From: Rhabdothermincola salaria
GTDB lineage: Bacteria > Actinomycetota > Acidimicrobiia > Acidimicrobiales > Acidimicrobilacustridaceae
Reading direction: 5' to 3'
Assembly (NCBI RefSeq): GCF_021246445.1
Contig: NZ_JAJQXW010000003.1
Coordinates: forward strand, 248,001-312,000
DNA: 64,000 bases
The notes below the pieces were generated by a model. The model was not told the DNA's origin. It did no database searches and saw nothing but the letters and a program-made list of their open reading frames with translations. Position numbers and translations under genes: made by a program. Positions 21,734 through 31,192 of this stretch are shown here, one piece after another (position 1 is the first letter of the stretch; each line of letters starts with the position of its first letter).

Positions 21734-23137
21734 TCAGCCGAGCGTGTCGTCGATGACGTCGCGGACCACGGCGACGTCGTCATCGACCACGTCGTAGCGC
21801 TCGGGGCGATCGAAGAGGTCGGCCAGGTGCGTCGGCAACGGCGGGCGCACGCCCGTGGCCGCCTCGACGGCGTCGGGGAACTTGGCCGGGTGGGCGGTGG
21901 CCAGCACCACCATGGGCACGTCGGCGTCGCGGCGGGACTGTTCGGCCGCCGCCAGGCCGACCGCGGTGTGGGGATCGACGAACAGCCCGGTGCGCTCGTG
22001 GAGCGCGCGGATGGTCCTGGTGGTGCCCTCGTCGTCGACCCGGGTACCGGTCCAGTGCTCGCTCAGCAGGTCGAGTCGGTCTGGTTCGAGGGCGACGGTG
22101 CCCTCGGCCCGGAAGCGCGACATGAGCTCGGCCACCGCCGTGCCGTCGCGGCCGAACAGCTCGAACAGGAGCCGCTCGAGGTTGGACGAGACCTGGATGT
22201 CCATGCTCGGGCTGAGGGTGGGGTGGACCTCGCCGATGGTCATCGCCCCGGTGGTCAGGAACTGGGTGAGGATGTCGTTGCGGTTGGAGGCCACCACGAA
22301 CTGGCTGATGGGCACGCCCATGCGCTGGGCGGCGTACCCGGCGAACACGTTGCCGAAGTTCCCGGTGGGCACCGAGAACGCCACCGGCCGGCTGCCGCCC
22401 GCCCCGAGGCGAGCGGCAGTGGTGACGTAGTAGACGATCTGGGCCATCACCCGGGCCCAGTTGATGGAGTTCACCGCGGAGAGGTGGCGGCGATCACGGA
22501 ATTCGGTGTCGGCGAACAACGCCTTCACCAGGTCCTGGCAGTCGTCGAACGTGCCCCGCACCGCCAAGTTGTGCACGTTGTCGGCCAGCACCGTGGTCAT
22601 CTGGCGGCGCTGCACCTCCGAGACCCGCTCGTGGGGGTGCAGGACGAAGATGTCGATGGCGGCCCGGTCGCGACAGGCGTCGATGGCCGCCGAACCGGTG
22701 TCGCCCGATGTCGCCCCGACGATGGTGACGCGCTCGCCCCGCTGGCCCAGCACGTGGTCGAACAACCGGCCCACCAGCTGCAGGGCGACGTCCTTGAAGG
22801 CCAGCGTGGGGCCGTGGAAGAGCTCGGCCAGCCAGAGGCCGTCGCCCAGGTCGGTGAGGGGCACGACCTCGGCCGCGTCGAAGGTGGCGTAGGCCGCGGC
22901 GACGATGTCGGCGAACACGTCGGCGTCGATCGAGCCCTCGACGAAGGGCCACATCACCTCGACGGCAACGTCGGCGTACGACATGGAGGCGAACCGCTCG
23001 AGCGAGCCGTCGGGCAGCGTCGGCCAGGACGCGGGCACGTAGAGCCCGCCGTCGCGGGCCAGCCCGGCGAGGAGGACATCGGCGAAGTCGAGCTCGGGTG
23101 CCGCCCCTCTGGTGGAGACGTAGTGCAGAGGGCTCAC
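21734..23137 (-). CDS. thrC: Threonine synthase (long type)
   Basis: YVSTRG, ELFHGPTLAFKD, ATSGDTG, NSINWAR, VPTGNFGN, TAHPAKF. Confidence 0.96.
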   Translation of the reverse strand: MSPLHYVSTRGAAPELDFADVLLAGLARDGGLYVPASWPTLPDGSLERFASMSYADVAVEVMWPFVEGSIDADVFADIVAAAYATFDAAEVVPLTDLGDGLWLAELFHGPTLAFKDVALQLVGRLFDHVLGQRGERVTIVGATSGDTGSAAIDACRDRAAIDIFVLHPHERVSEVQRRQMTTVLADNVHNLAVRGTFDDCQDLVKALFADTEFRDRRHLSAVNSINWARVMAQIVYYVTTAARLGAGGSRPVAFSVPTGNFGNVFAGYAAQRMGVPISQFVVASNRNDILTQFLTTGAMTIGEVHPTLSPSMDIQVSSNLERLLFELFGRDGTAVAELMSRFRAEGTVALEPDRLDLLSEHWTGTRVDDEGTTRTIRALHERTGLFVDPHTAVGLAAAEQSRRDADVPMVVLATAHPAKFPDAVEAATGVRPPLPTHLADLFDRPERYDVVDDDVAVVRDVIDDTLG

Positions 23138-24471
23138 CGGAAGCCGCTCTCGTCACTGAGGACGCGGATCACGCTGCCCACCTTGAGCACGATGTCGAGG
23201 TCGGACAGCTCCTGCAGGGTCTGGGTGAGGTCGCGCTCGCGGGCCAGATGGGTGACGAACTCGAGTCGGGCCTGCCCTCGTACCGGCGGGGCGGTCGGGT
23301 CGGTCGTCGGGGCTTCCTGCTCCATGGAGGCGATGGAGACCCCGTGGTCGCTGAAGGCCCCGGCGACGGCGGCCAGCACGCCCGGCCGGTCGGCGGTCTC
23401 GATGCTCACGTAGAACGCCGAGGTGAGCTCGTCGACCGGCCGCAGGGGCATGTCGCTGAAGCTGCCGAGGCTGGCGTGGTTGTTGCGCTGGCGATTGGAC
23501 GCGGCGTCGATGAGGTCGCCGAGCAGGGCGCTGGCGGTGGGGCCGCCACCCGCCCCGCGCCCGTAGAACATGAGGTCGCCGACGGACTTGCCCTGCACGA
23601 AGATGGCGTTGAAGCTCTCGCGCACCGAGGCCAACGGGTGGGTGTCGGGCACGAAGGCCGGGTGCACCCGGGCGACGATGCGGTTGCCTTCGGGGCCGCT
23701 GAAGCGCTCGGCCACCGAGAGGAGCTTCACGACGAAGCCGTGCCGGCCGGCGAAGGCGATGTCATCGGCGGTGATGCCGCGGATGCCCTCGCAATCGACA
23801 TCGGAGGCCCGCACCCGGGCCCCGAAGGCCAGCGAGGCCACGATGGCGATCTTGGCCCCGGCGTCGAAGCCGTCGACGTCGGCGGTGGGATCGGCCTCGG
23901 CGAACCCCAGCTCCTGGGCCTCGGCGAGCGCCTCGGTGTAGTCGGCTCCCGCCTCGGTCATCCGAGTGAGGATGTAGTTGGTGGTGCCGTTCATGATGCC
24001 GAGCACCCGGAACACCGGCTCGCCCAGCAGCGACTCGCGCAACGGCCGTACGAAGGGGATGCCCCCGGCGACGGCGGCCTCGAACAACAGGTCGACCTTG
24101 GCGTGTTCGGCGGCGGCGAACACCTCCGGCCCGACCGCGGCCAACAGCTCCTTGTTGGCGGTGACGACCGGCTTGCCGGCGGCGATGGCCGACAGGACCA
24201 GGTCTTGGGCCGGCACCACACCGCCCATCACCTCGACGATCACGTCGATGTCGGGATCGGCCACGATGGCGGCGGGCTCACCGGTGAAGACCTCCGGGGG
24301 GAGGTCGACTTCGCGAGCCTTGCCCATGTCGCGCACCGCCACCCGGGCGATCTCCAGGCGCAGGCCGGTGCGGGACTCGATGAAGTCGCCCTGACGGGCC
24401 ACGAGGTTGATGAGCGATGAGCCGACGGTGCCGCATCCGAGCACCCCGACCTTCACGACGGGTCCGTTCAC
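23134..24471 (-). CDS. hom: Homoserine dehydrogenase with C-terminal ACT domain
   Basis: GVLGCGTVG, VVTANK, FEAAVAGGIP, NGTTNYIL, EADPTADVDG, DRPGVLA. Confidence 0.96.
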   Translation of the reverse strand: MNGPVVKVGVLGCGTVGSSLINLVARQGDFIESRTGLRLEIARVAVRDMGKAREVDLPPEVFTGEPAAIVADPDIDVIVEVMGGVVPAQDLVLSAIAAGKPVVTANKELLAAVGPEVFAAAEHAKVDLLFEAAVAGGIPFVRPLRESLLGEPVFRVLGIMNGTTNYILTRMTEAGADYTEALAEAQELGFAEADPTADVDGFDAGAKIAIVASLAFGARVRASDVDCEGIRGITADDIAFAGRHGFVVKLLSVAERFSGPEGNRIVARVHPAFVPDTHPLASVRESFNAIFVQGKSVGDLMFYGRGAGGGPTASALLGDLIDAASNRQRNNHASLGSFSDMPLRPVDELTSAFYVSIETADRPGVLAAVAGAFSDHGVSIASMEQEAPTTDPTAPPVRGQARLEFVTHLARERDLTQTLQELSDLDIVLKVGSVIRVLSDESGFR

Positions 24472-24559
24472 CGGCGAGAGGCTACCGGCGCCGCCGGCCG
24501 GTGCCCGACGTGGCGTCCGCCGACGAGCAGGGCCGCTTGCCGTCCTATCCTCGGGCGCC

Positions 24560-24883
24560 ATGCCCACCGCCGACACCCCGACGTTCCCGCCCGAGGTCGT
24601 GGAGGCCATCGCTCGCCACATGAACGACGACCACGCCGACGACAACGTGCGCATCTGCCAGGGTCTCGGCGGACGTCCGGACGCCGAGACCGCGACGATG
24701 ACCGGGGTCGACGGCGACGGCATCGACTTCGTGGTCACCGGCCCCGACGGCGACGCGGCGGTGCGCATCGAGTGGCCCGAACGGATCACCGAGCGCCCCC
24801 AGGTGCGAGTGGCCGTCGTCGAGCTGCACGAGCGGGCCTGCGCGGCCCTGGGCATCGAGCGACCCGCCGCCGAAGAGCACTGA
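24560..24883 (+). CDS. DUF2470 (HugZ-associated) domain protein
   Basis: AIARHMNDDHADD...MTGVDGDGIDF...RIEWP pattern. Confidence 0.82.
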   Translation: MPTADTPTFPPEVVEAIARHMNDDHADDNVRICQGLGGRPDAETATMTGVDGDGIDFVVTGPDGDAAVRIEWPERITERPQVRVAVVELHERACAALGIERPAAEEH

Positions 24884-24884
24884 G

Positions 24885-25523
24885 GTGCCACGCGGGGCAG
24901 GCGCGCCGGACTCCGCCCGCCAGGCGGGTCGTGAGGCGCTGTTCGGCGCCTTCGCCGAGCTCCTCTACGAGCAGGGCTACGACGCCATCAGCCTCGCCGA
25001 CGTGGCGGCCCGGGCCGGGGTGTCGCGGACATCGGTCTACAACTACTTCTCGGACAAGGACGCCTTGGTGGTGGCCTATGCCGACCACGAGTCGACCGCC
25101 TACGCGGGGGCCCTGCGAGCCGAGCTCGAAGAGATCGACAACCCCGTCGACCGGCTGCGCGCGCTCATCGCGTCGCAACTGCGCTACTTCGCCAGCCACC
25201 ACCTCCCGCCGGGCCGTGACCTGCGCGTGGCCATCTCTCCGGCGGCCTACCAGCGGGTCGCGCAGCACGCGGTCGTGCTCGAGGGCATCCTGCGCCAGGT
25301 CCTGCGCGAGGCCGTCGCCGAGGGGTACCTGCCCGACGACGACGTCGAGGGCGCCATGCCGCTGGTGACCGCGTGCATCGACCGCGGCGCAGCCGAGGAC
25401 CGTGACCCCGATGCCCTCACCGAGAGCATCGAGGTCACGACCACGTTCGTACTGCGGGCCCTGGGGGTCCGGCTGGGCCCTAGCGGTCGTCCCCGCCGGG
25501 TCGCACCTCGGCCCGGCGCCTGA
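24885..25523 (+). CDS. TetR/AcrR-family regulator
   Basis: GYDAISLADVAARAGVSRTSVYNYFSDKDAL HTH. Confidence 0.92.
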   Translation: MPRGAGAPDSARQAGREALFGAFAELLYEQGYDAISLADVAARAGVSRTSVYNYFSDKDALVVAYADHESTAYAGALRAELEEIDNPVDRLRALIASQLRYFASHHLPPGRDLRVAISPAAYQRVAQHAVVLEGILRQVLREAVAEGYLPDDDVEGAMPLVTACIDRGAAEDRDPDALTESIEVTTTFVLRALGVRLGPSGRPRRVAPRPGA

Positions 25524-27039
25524 TCGCAGCCGTACCGGCCACGCCGGCACCCCCGAGCAGCAGGGCGGCGGCGGTCCACCACAGGGCGGACGAGTCCGAG
25601 CCGGTGTAGGGCAGGGTGCCGGTGGCGACACCGACGGGAGTCGCTCCCCCGCCGACGCCGGTGACCCCGCCGGTGGTGCCATCCGTCGTGGGCCGGCCTT
25701 CGGCGACGTCGGGCACCGAGCTCAGCTCGAGCACGACGGTGAGCGGATCCAGGGCGTCACCGGCGGCGTAGAAGTCCGAGAACGCCGGTACCCCGGCCTC
25801 GGTGAGGCTGGCGGCGATGGCGGGCCAGGTCACGGTGGCGGCCACCCGACCGGGCGTGCCCGCGACGCTGAGGGTGGCCAGCACGACGTCGTCGTGGACC
25901 TCGGCGGCCTGGAGCGAGGTGAACGACGAGGGCACCGTGGCACCGAGCGCGCCGGGGGCCAGCGGGGTGCTCTCGACGTCGGCCACGAGCACACCGGTGA
26001 CACCGTCGACGTCGACCCGGATGTCGGAGAGCTGCAGGTCGAGCTGTCCGCCGTGACCGGTGAAGCGCACGGCTCCGCCGAAGCCGGCGTCGACGCGCTG
26101 GCCGTCGGGGGCGACCTCACCCACGCCCGGCTGGGCCGGGAAGCGGAAGGTGCCGTCGGGGTTGGTGCTGGCGCCGCCGGTCGTCGCGATCGAGCCCTGG
26201 GCGATGCCCCCGGTGACGTAGCTGTGGAACGAGGCCTTGACGCCCCAGTCGAGGTGGCCACCCACGATCTGCAGCGGCCCCGTGGGTGCGGCGGTGGTGG
26301 GAGGCATGGTCGGGGGAGGCGTGGTCGGGGTCGGTGCGACGGTGGTGGACGTGGTCGGCGGGACGGTGGTCGGCGGGACGGTGGTGGACGTGGTCGGCGG
26401 GACGGTGGTCGACGTGGTCGACGTGGTCGGCGGGACGGTGGTCGACGTGGGCGGTGGGACGGTGGTCGACGTGGTCGGCGTCGGCTCCGACGCGAACGAC
26501 ATGGGGACGTACAGCTCCTGGGCGGGGTTGGTCGCGCCGCTGGCCGGGTACGTGTACACGCCGTAGTTGCCGGCCACGGCGTCGGCCATCTCGACCGGGA
26601 GCTGGGCGGTGAACGTGCCGTCGGGAGCCAGCTCCACGTAGCTCCCGGTCGGCGACAGGACCGGTGCCAGCGCGGCCGGGGCGGCCCACCTCTGCGCGAT
26701 CACCTCACGGCTCGACGAGGCGGCCCCTTCCGATGGCCGCCAGTCATCGGCGAACTTGCCGAACGCCACGTACACGCCGGCCGGCTGACCGTTCGCCGGC
26801 GGCCGAGAACCGATGTTGGCCGCCGGGTCGAACCCGGCGCCCGTCACCGTCACCGTCTCCCCGTCACGGTCCAGATCCGTCGTCTTCGACACCGACAGCG
26901 CGGGCTCCCACACCGGCGTGTCGTCGGCGCTCACCGGGCTGGCCACGATCGCCGCGGCGGCGAGCACGACGAACGCCAACAGTGCTCGCCGCGTCGTTCT
27001 GGTGGGGGACCTCCGCTGGGAGGTGTCGTCGGTGTCCAT
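25480..27039 (-). CDS. HtaA-domain heme-binding surface protein with LPxTG sortase anchor
   Basis: Signal peptide; DWGVKASFHSYV, VRFTGHGGQLD and FSDFYAAGDALDP (HtaA Tyr/His/Tyr motifs); LPYTG + TM + RRR. Confidence 0.85.
   Translation of the reverse strand: MDTDDTSQRRSPTRTTRRALLAFVVLAAAAIVASPVSADDTPVWEPALSVSKTTDLDRDGETVTVTGAGFDPAANIGSRPPANGQPAGVYVAFGKFADDWRPSEGAASSSREVIAQRWAAPAALAPVLSPTGSYVELAPDGTFTAQLPVEMADAVAGNYGVYTYPASGATNPAQELYVPMSFASEPTPTTSTTVPPPTSTTVPPTTSTTSTTVPPTTSTTVPPTTVPPTTSTTVAPTPTTPPPTMPPTTAAPTGPLQIVGGHLDWGVKASFHSYVTGGIAQGSIATTGGASTNPDGTFRFPAQPGVGEVAPDGQRVDAGFGGAVRFTGHGGQLDLQLSDIRVDVDGVTGVLVADVESTPLAPGALGATVPSSFTSLQAAEVHDDVVLATLSVAGTPGRVAATVTWPAIAASLTEAGVPAFSDFYAAGDALDPLTVVLELSSVPDVAEGRPTTDGTTGGVTGVGGGATPVGVATGTLPYTGSDSSALWWTAAALLLGGAGVAGTAAIRRRAEVRPGGDDR
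26335..26485 (-). repeat. Tandem repeat encoding a (TTSTTVPP)n Thr/Pro linker
   Basis: Repeated ggtggt(g/c)gacgtggtcggcgggac units (24-bp, plus truncated 15- and 9-bp variants). Confidence 0.85.
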
Positions 27040-27076
27040 GTCGCTCCTCGAGGGTCGGACAACCTTCACAAGGTTA

Positions 27077-27090
27077 TTAGGTATGCCTAC
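27077..27090. promoter_or_regulatory. DtxR/IdeR-family iron box upstream of the htaA-like gene
   Basis: TTAGG-TATG-CCTAC in a locally AT-rich promoter region. Confidence 0.65.
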
Positions 27091-27164
27091 TACGCTGCGT
27101 CAGGGTACGCAGTCACGGGCGACGAGCGCAAGACGGGTCCACCGTCGTGGCGGGCCCGATCGCC

Positions 27165-28025
27165 TCAGCGGAGAGCGCGGCGAGGAAGCACGAGCAGAGC
27201 GCCGGTCTCGGGGTGGCGGAGGACCTCGATGTCGTGGTCGTACACCGCCCCCAGGCGCGTGGGCGTGAGCACCTCGGCGGGCGGGCCATCGGCCACCACG
27301 TGTCCACCGGCGACCACCACCACCCGGTCGGCGTGGGCCGCCGCCAGCCCCAGGTCGTGCAACACCACCACCACCCCGTCGCCGGCGTCGGCGCGCTGCC
27401 GTGCCGTCTCCAGCACCAGCTCCTGGTGGTGCAGGTCCAGCGCGGCGGTGGGTTCGTCGAGCAGGACCAACTGGGCCTGCTGGGCCAGCACCCGGGCCAG
27501 GGCCACCCGGGCCCGCTCGCCACCCGAGAGGGTGGGGAAGGTGCGCGCCGCCAGATGGGACGTGTCGGTCGTGGCCAAGGCCGCCCGGACCACGGCGTCG
27601 TCGCGGTCGTCGTCCCCCAGGCCGGCCCACGGGGCCCGACCCATCCGGACCACGTCCACGACCCGGAACGGGAAGGCGACCGCCACCTGCTGGAGCAACA
27701 CCGCCCGACGCCGGGCCAGCTCACCCGGCGGCATCGCCGAGATGGCGCGCCCGTCGAGCTCGACGACCCCACCGACCACGGCCACGTCGCCGGCCAGCGC
27801 CCCGAGGAGCGTGGACTTGCCGGCGCCGTTGGGGCCCACCAGCGCCACCAGCTCTCCGGCCCGGACGTCGAGCGATGCGTCGTGCAGGATCGTGGTGCCC
27901 CCGAGGTCGACGCGCAGGGATCGGGCCACCACCAGGGACCCGCCCCGGCCCACCCGCTCGGGCACCAGGTCCCTGTCTCGGCGACCGCGCCCTCCGCCGG
28001 CCAGCCGGGCCAGGAGGGCCGTCAC
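27165..28025 (-). CDS. hmuV: Heme ABC transporter ATPase
   Basis: GPNGAGKST, LARRRAVLLQ, LSGGERARVALARVLAQ, LLDEPTAALD. Confidence 0.88.
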   Translation of the reverse strand: MTALLARLAGGGRGRRDRDLVPERVGRGGSLVVARSLRVDLGGTTILHDASLDVRAGELVALVGPNGAGKSTLLGALAGDVAVVGGVVELDGRAISAMPPGELARRRAVLLQQVAVAFPFRVVDVVRMGRAPWAGLGDDDRDDAVVRAALATTDTSHLAARTFPTLSGGERARVALARVLAQQAQLVLLDEPTAALDLHHQELVLETARQRADAGDGVVVVLHDLGLAAAHADRVVVVAGGHVVADGPPAEVLTPTRLGAVYDHDIEVLRHPETGALLVLPRRALR

Positions 28026-29149
28026 GCCCAGCCGCCCTGGCGGGCCCGGGTGCGACGCAGCAGCCAGAAGAAGAAGGGGCTGCCCACCAGCGCGGTCAGC
28101 ACGCCGAGCGGCACCTCAGCCGGGGCGGCCACCGTGCGCGCCGCCAGGTCGGCGCCGACGACGATGACGGCGCCACCCAGGGCCGACGCCACCAGCAACA
28201 ACCGGTGGGAGGGCCCCGCGACCATGCGCACGAGGTGGGGGACGACCAGGCCGACGAAGAGGACGATCCCCGACACCGCCACCGCGGCGGCGGTGAGCAC
28301 GGCCACGATCACCAGCATCTGCACACGGAGGCGTTCGACGTCGACGCCGAGGTGACGGGCCGAGCGCTCTCCCAGAGAGAGCAGGTCGAGCTGGTGGGCC
28401 TTGGTGACGGCCAGCACCACCCCCAACAGCGCCAACGGGGCCACCGCCGCCACCTTGGGCCAGGTGGCCTGGGCCACGCTGCCGAGCTGCCAGAAGGTGA
28501 TGCTGCGCAGCTGGGCGTCGGTGGAGAAGTAGGTGAGCAGCCCCATGACCGCACCGGTGAGCGCGTTCACCGCGATGCCGGTGAGGATCAGGGTGACCAC
28601 CTCGGTGCGCCCGTTGGCCCGAGAGGCCAGGTAGACCACCACGACGGTGAGCAGACCGCCGACGAAGGCGGCCAGGCTGAGGCTCCAGTTCCCCAACACC
28701 GTGAAGCCCACCACGATGGAGGCCACCGCGCCCATGGCCGCTCCGGAGGAGACCCCGACGATGCCGGGCTCGGCGAGGGGGTTGGCGAAGGTGCCCTGCA
28801 TGGCCGCGCCGGCACAGCCCAGGGCGGCGCCCACGAGCACGGCGAGGGCGACACGCGGGAAGCGGACCTCCCAGAGCACCGACTCGGCGACGCCCGTGGG
28901 GGCGGTGCCCACCTGGAGTCCCACGCGGTCGAGCACCGAGGAGAGCACCTCGAGCGGCGACACCGGGAACGACCCGATGGCCGCAGCGGCCACCGACATG
29001 GCGAGGAGAGCCAGCGACAGGAGGCCGAGGAGGACGGGGCCGTGCAGGAGTGGCCGAGTCGCGGCGACGACGTCCTCGAGGTCGTCGCCGTCGGAGCCGC
29101 CCGGCAGCTCGGCGGAGGTCCCGGGCGGCGCCTCGGCCAGGTCGGTCAC
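28022..29149 (-). CDS. hmuU: FecCD-family heme ABC permease
   Basis: RFPRV, NPLAEPGIVGVSSGA, FVGLVVPH, EVPLGVLTALVGSPFF. Confidence 0.9.
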   Translation of the reverse strand: MTDLAEAPPGTSAELPGGSDGDDLEDVVAATRPLLHGPVLLGLLSLALLAMSVAAAAIGSFPVSPLEVLSSVLDRVGLQVGTAPTGVAESVLWEVRFPRVALAVLVGAALGCAGAAMQGTFANPLAEPGIVGVSSGAAMGAVASIVVGFTVLGNWSLSLAAFVGGLLTVVVVYLASRANGRTEVVTLILTGIAVNALTGAVMGLLTYFSTDAQLRSITFWQLGSVAQATWPKVAAVAPLALLGVVLAVTKAHQLDLLSLGERSARHLGVDVERLRVQMLVIVAVLTAAAVAVSGIVLFVGLVVPHLVRMVAGPSHRLLLVASALGGAVIVVGADLAARTVAAPAEVPLGVLTALVGSPFFFWLLRRTRARQGGWA

Positions 29150-30144
29150 GATGCCGATCCGTCGGTGTGGATCGCCTCGATGAGCTCGGCGAGGGCGAGC
29201 GGGGTGCGCGAGCCGAAGCTGTAGAGGATGCCGTCCTCGACGGTCACCACCCGCCGGCTCGCGGCGGCGGGTGTCTGGGCGATCCCGGGCATGGCCAGGA
29301 GCTCGTCGATGCCGCCGACCGACTCGAGGCCGCTGCCGGTGAGCAGGATCACGTCCGGCGCGGCCTCGACCATGGCCTCGCTGGTGATCGGGGTGAACGG
29401 TCGGTCGAGGCCGATGGCGCGGCCGGCGTCCTCTCCGCCGGCTGCGGCGATCATCGAATCGGCACCCGACCCCTCTCCGCCGAGCAGGTACACGCCTGCC
29501 TGGCCGCGCAGGTACAAGAAGGCGACCAGGGGCTCGGAGCCTTCCGGGATGGTGTCGCGGGCGTCGGCGATCTCCCGCTCGGTCCGGTCGACGAGGTCTT
29601 CCCCGGCGGCGGGCACGCCCAGCGCCTCGGCGATGGTGCGGATGCGCGGCGTGATGTCGTCGATGCTCATCGGCATCTCGAGCACCACCACTGCGATGCC
29701 GGCGGCGCGGATCTGGTCGAGGGCTTCGGGTGGACCGGTGTCGGTCTGGGCCAGCACCACCGTCGGCTCGAGCGACAGCACCGATTCGGTGCTCACGTCG
29801 TGGGCCCGGGTGACGATCGGGAGGTCCTCCGTGCCGGGGAAGGTGGCCGACACGTCTCGCCCCACGACGCGGTCGCCGAGGCCGAGGGCGAACACGATCT
29901 CGGAGAGGTTGCCCCACAACGGCAGGATGCGAGAGGCGTCGGTGACGGTGACGATGGTGCCATCGGCGGAACGGACCTCGGCGGGAAGGACGGGCGTGGG
30001 CGCGGTGGCGACCGGCGAGAGCTCCACCCCGTCGCCTTCCGGGGTCCCGATCGAGGTGGCCGCACCGCACGCCGAGGCTCCGAGCGTGACCGCGAGGAGC
30101 AGCGCGGCCACGGCGAAGAGGCGACGGCACCGGTGGCGGCGCAT
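29146..30144 (-). CDS. hmuT: Heme ABC substrate-binding lipoprotein
   Basis: Lipobox ASAC; VVGRD; RAHDVSTE and FLYLRG (His/Tyr ligand positions as in corynebacterial HmuT). Confidence 0.85.
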   Translation of the reverse strand: MRRHRCRRLFAVAALLLAVTLGASACGAATSIGTPEGDGVELSPVATAPTPVLPAEVRSADGTIVTVTDASRILPLWGNLSEIVFALGLGDRVVGRDVSATFPGTEDLPIVTRAHDVSTESVLSLEPTVVLAQTDTGPPEALDQIRAAGIAVVVLEMPMSIDDITPRIRTIAEALGVPAAGEDLVDRTEREIADARDTIPEGSEPLVAFLYLRGQAGVYLLGGEGSGADSMIAAAGGEDAGRAIGLDRPFTPITSEAMVEAAPDVILLTGSGLESVGGIDELLAMPGIAQTPAAASRRVVTVEDGILYSFGSRTPLALAELIEAIHTDGSAS

Positions 30145-30145
30145 C

Positions 30146-31015
30146 TCAGGACGCCTCTGCCGACGAGTCCCGGCGGCGCAGGACCAACGCGGCGCCGCCC
30201 CCCGCGAGGAGCACCAGGACCACGACGATGCCGACCCACGCACCGGCCCCTGGTCCGCCGCTGCCCTCACCGTCGGCGGAAGCCAGCTCGGCCTCCTCGT
30301 CGAAGCGCTCCTCGACCCCGGTGGTGGTGGTGGTGGCCTCGGTGGTCGTGGTGGTCTCCGGCGGCACCGTGGTGGTCGTCGTCTCGGGGACCGTCTCCGG
30401 CACGGTCTCGGGCGGAACGGCAGCCGGGGGTTCCGTCGCCGGAGGGGCGACCGGGGCGGCGAAGCTCACCGGCACGATGCCGTCCTGGCCGCGGTCGCTG
30501 GCCCGGGTGTGGTCGTTGCGGGTGGAGATGGCGCACTGCACCACCCGGCAGTCGACGTCGGGGTTGAGCATGGCGGACGGGCGCAGCGTGACCGAGAACG
30601 ATCCGCCCGGTCCGTAGGGGACGGTCAGCCCCTGCGCATAGGGCGGCGGGTTCGACGAGATCCAGTGCGAGAGACCGCCGGAGCCCTCCACGGCCACGCC
30701 GCCGCCACACGGCGACGGCGGCGACCCGGGCGGGGGGACGACGCAGAAGGCGACGTAGATCCCCTTGTTCACGTCGAAGCACGAGCCCGTGACGGTGACC
30801 GTCTCGCCGTTCGGGTCGAGGCCCTGGGACTTCGACACCGTCAGCACGGGGCCGCAGCCCTGGGCCGACGCGGGCTCGGCGGAGGGTCCGACGGCGAAGG
30901 CCCCGATCGCCACCAGGACCACGGCGACGCCCAGCAGCCCCCGCCTGGCGAGAGCGGATCGGCGGGCTGCGACGCCTTCGCGTCTCGTGGTCGACTTCTG
31001 CGGTGCGGTGCGCAT
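30146..31015 (-). CDS. Membrane-anchored Ig-like (neocarzinostatin-like) surface protein
   Basis: Signal peptide; LTVSKSQGLDPNGETVTVTG...GIYVAFC...DCRVVQC...RNDHTR; Thr/Glu linker; C-terminal TM + RRR. Confidence 0.7.
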   Translation of the reverse strand: MRTAPQKSTTRREGVAARRSALARRGLLGVAVVLVAIGAFAVGPSAEPASAQGCGPVLTVSKSQGLDPNGETVTVTGSCFDVNKGIYVAFCVVPPPGSPPSPCGGGVAVEGSGGLSHWISSNPPPYAQGLTVPYGPGGSFSVTLRPSAMLNPDVDCRVVQCAISTRNDHTRASDRGQDGIVPVSFAAPVAPPATEPPAAVPPETVPETVPETTTTTVPPETTTTTEATTTTTGVEERFDEEAELASADGEGSGGPGAGAWVGIVVVLVLLAGGGAALVLRRRDSSAEAS

Positions 31016-31061
31016 CGCCGGTCCTCCTCCTGCCCGTGCGACACGGACGTGACAGCTCGTA

Positions 31062-31075
31062 ATAGGTCTGCCTAA
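31062..31075. promoter_or_regulatory. DtxR/IdeR-family iron box in the divergent heme promoter
   Basis: ATAGG-TCTG-CCTAA, the same TTAGG-N4-CCTAA core as at 27077. Confidence 0.65.
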
Positions 31076-31192
31076 CATCCGATGCCAACACAGCTAACCA
31101 GCGATGGGTGAGCGGTGGCAAGCAGGCCCCCGGGTCGGATGTCACCGCCACGGCCTGGACGACCACCGCCGGGCGGCGGGGAGGAGCACACC

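Noticed and set aside
26335..26485. CRISPR-like repeat array
   Set aside because: The repeats are contiguous, in-frame codon repeats for a Thr/Pro linker, with no unique spacers and no cas genes.
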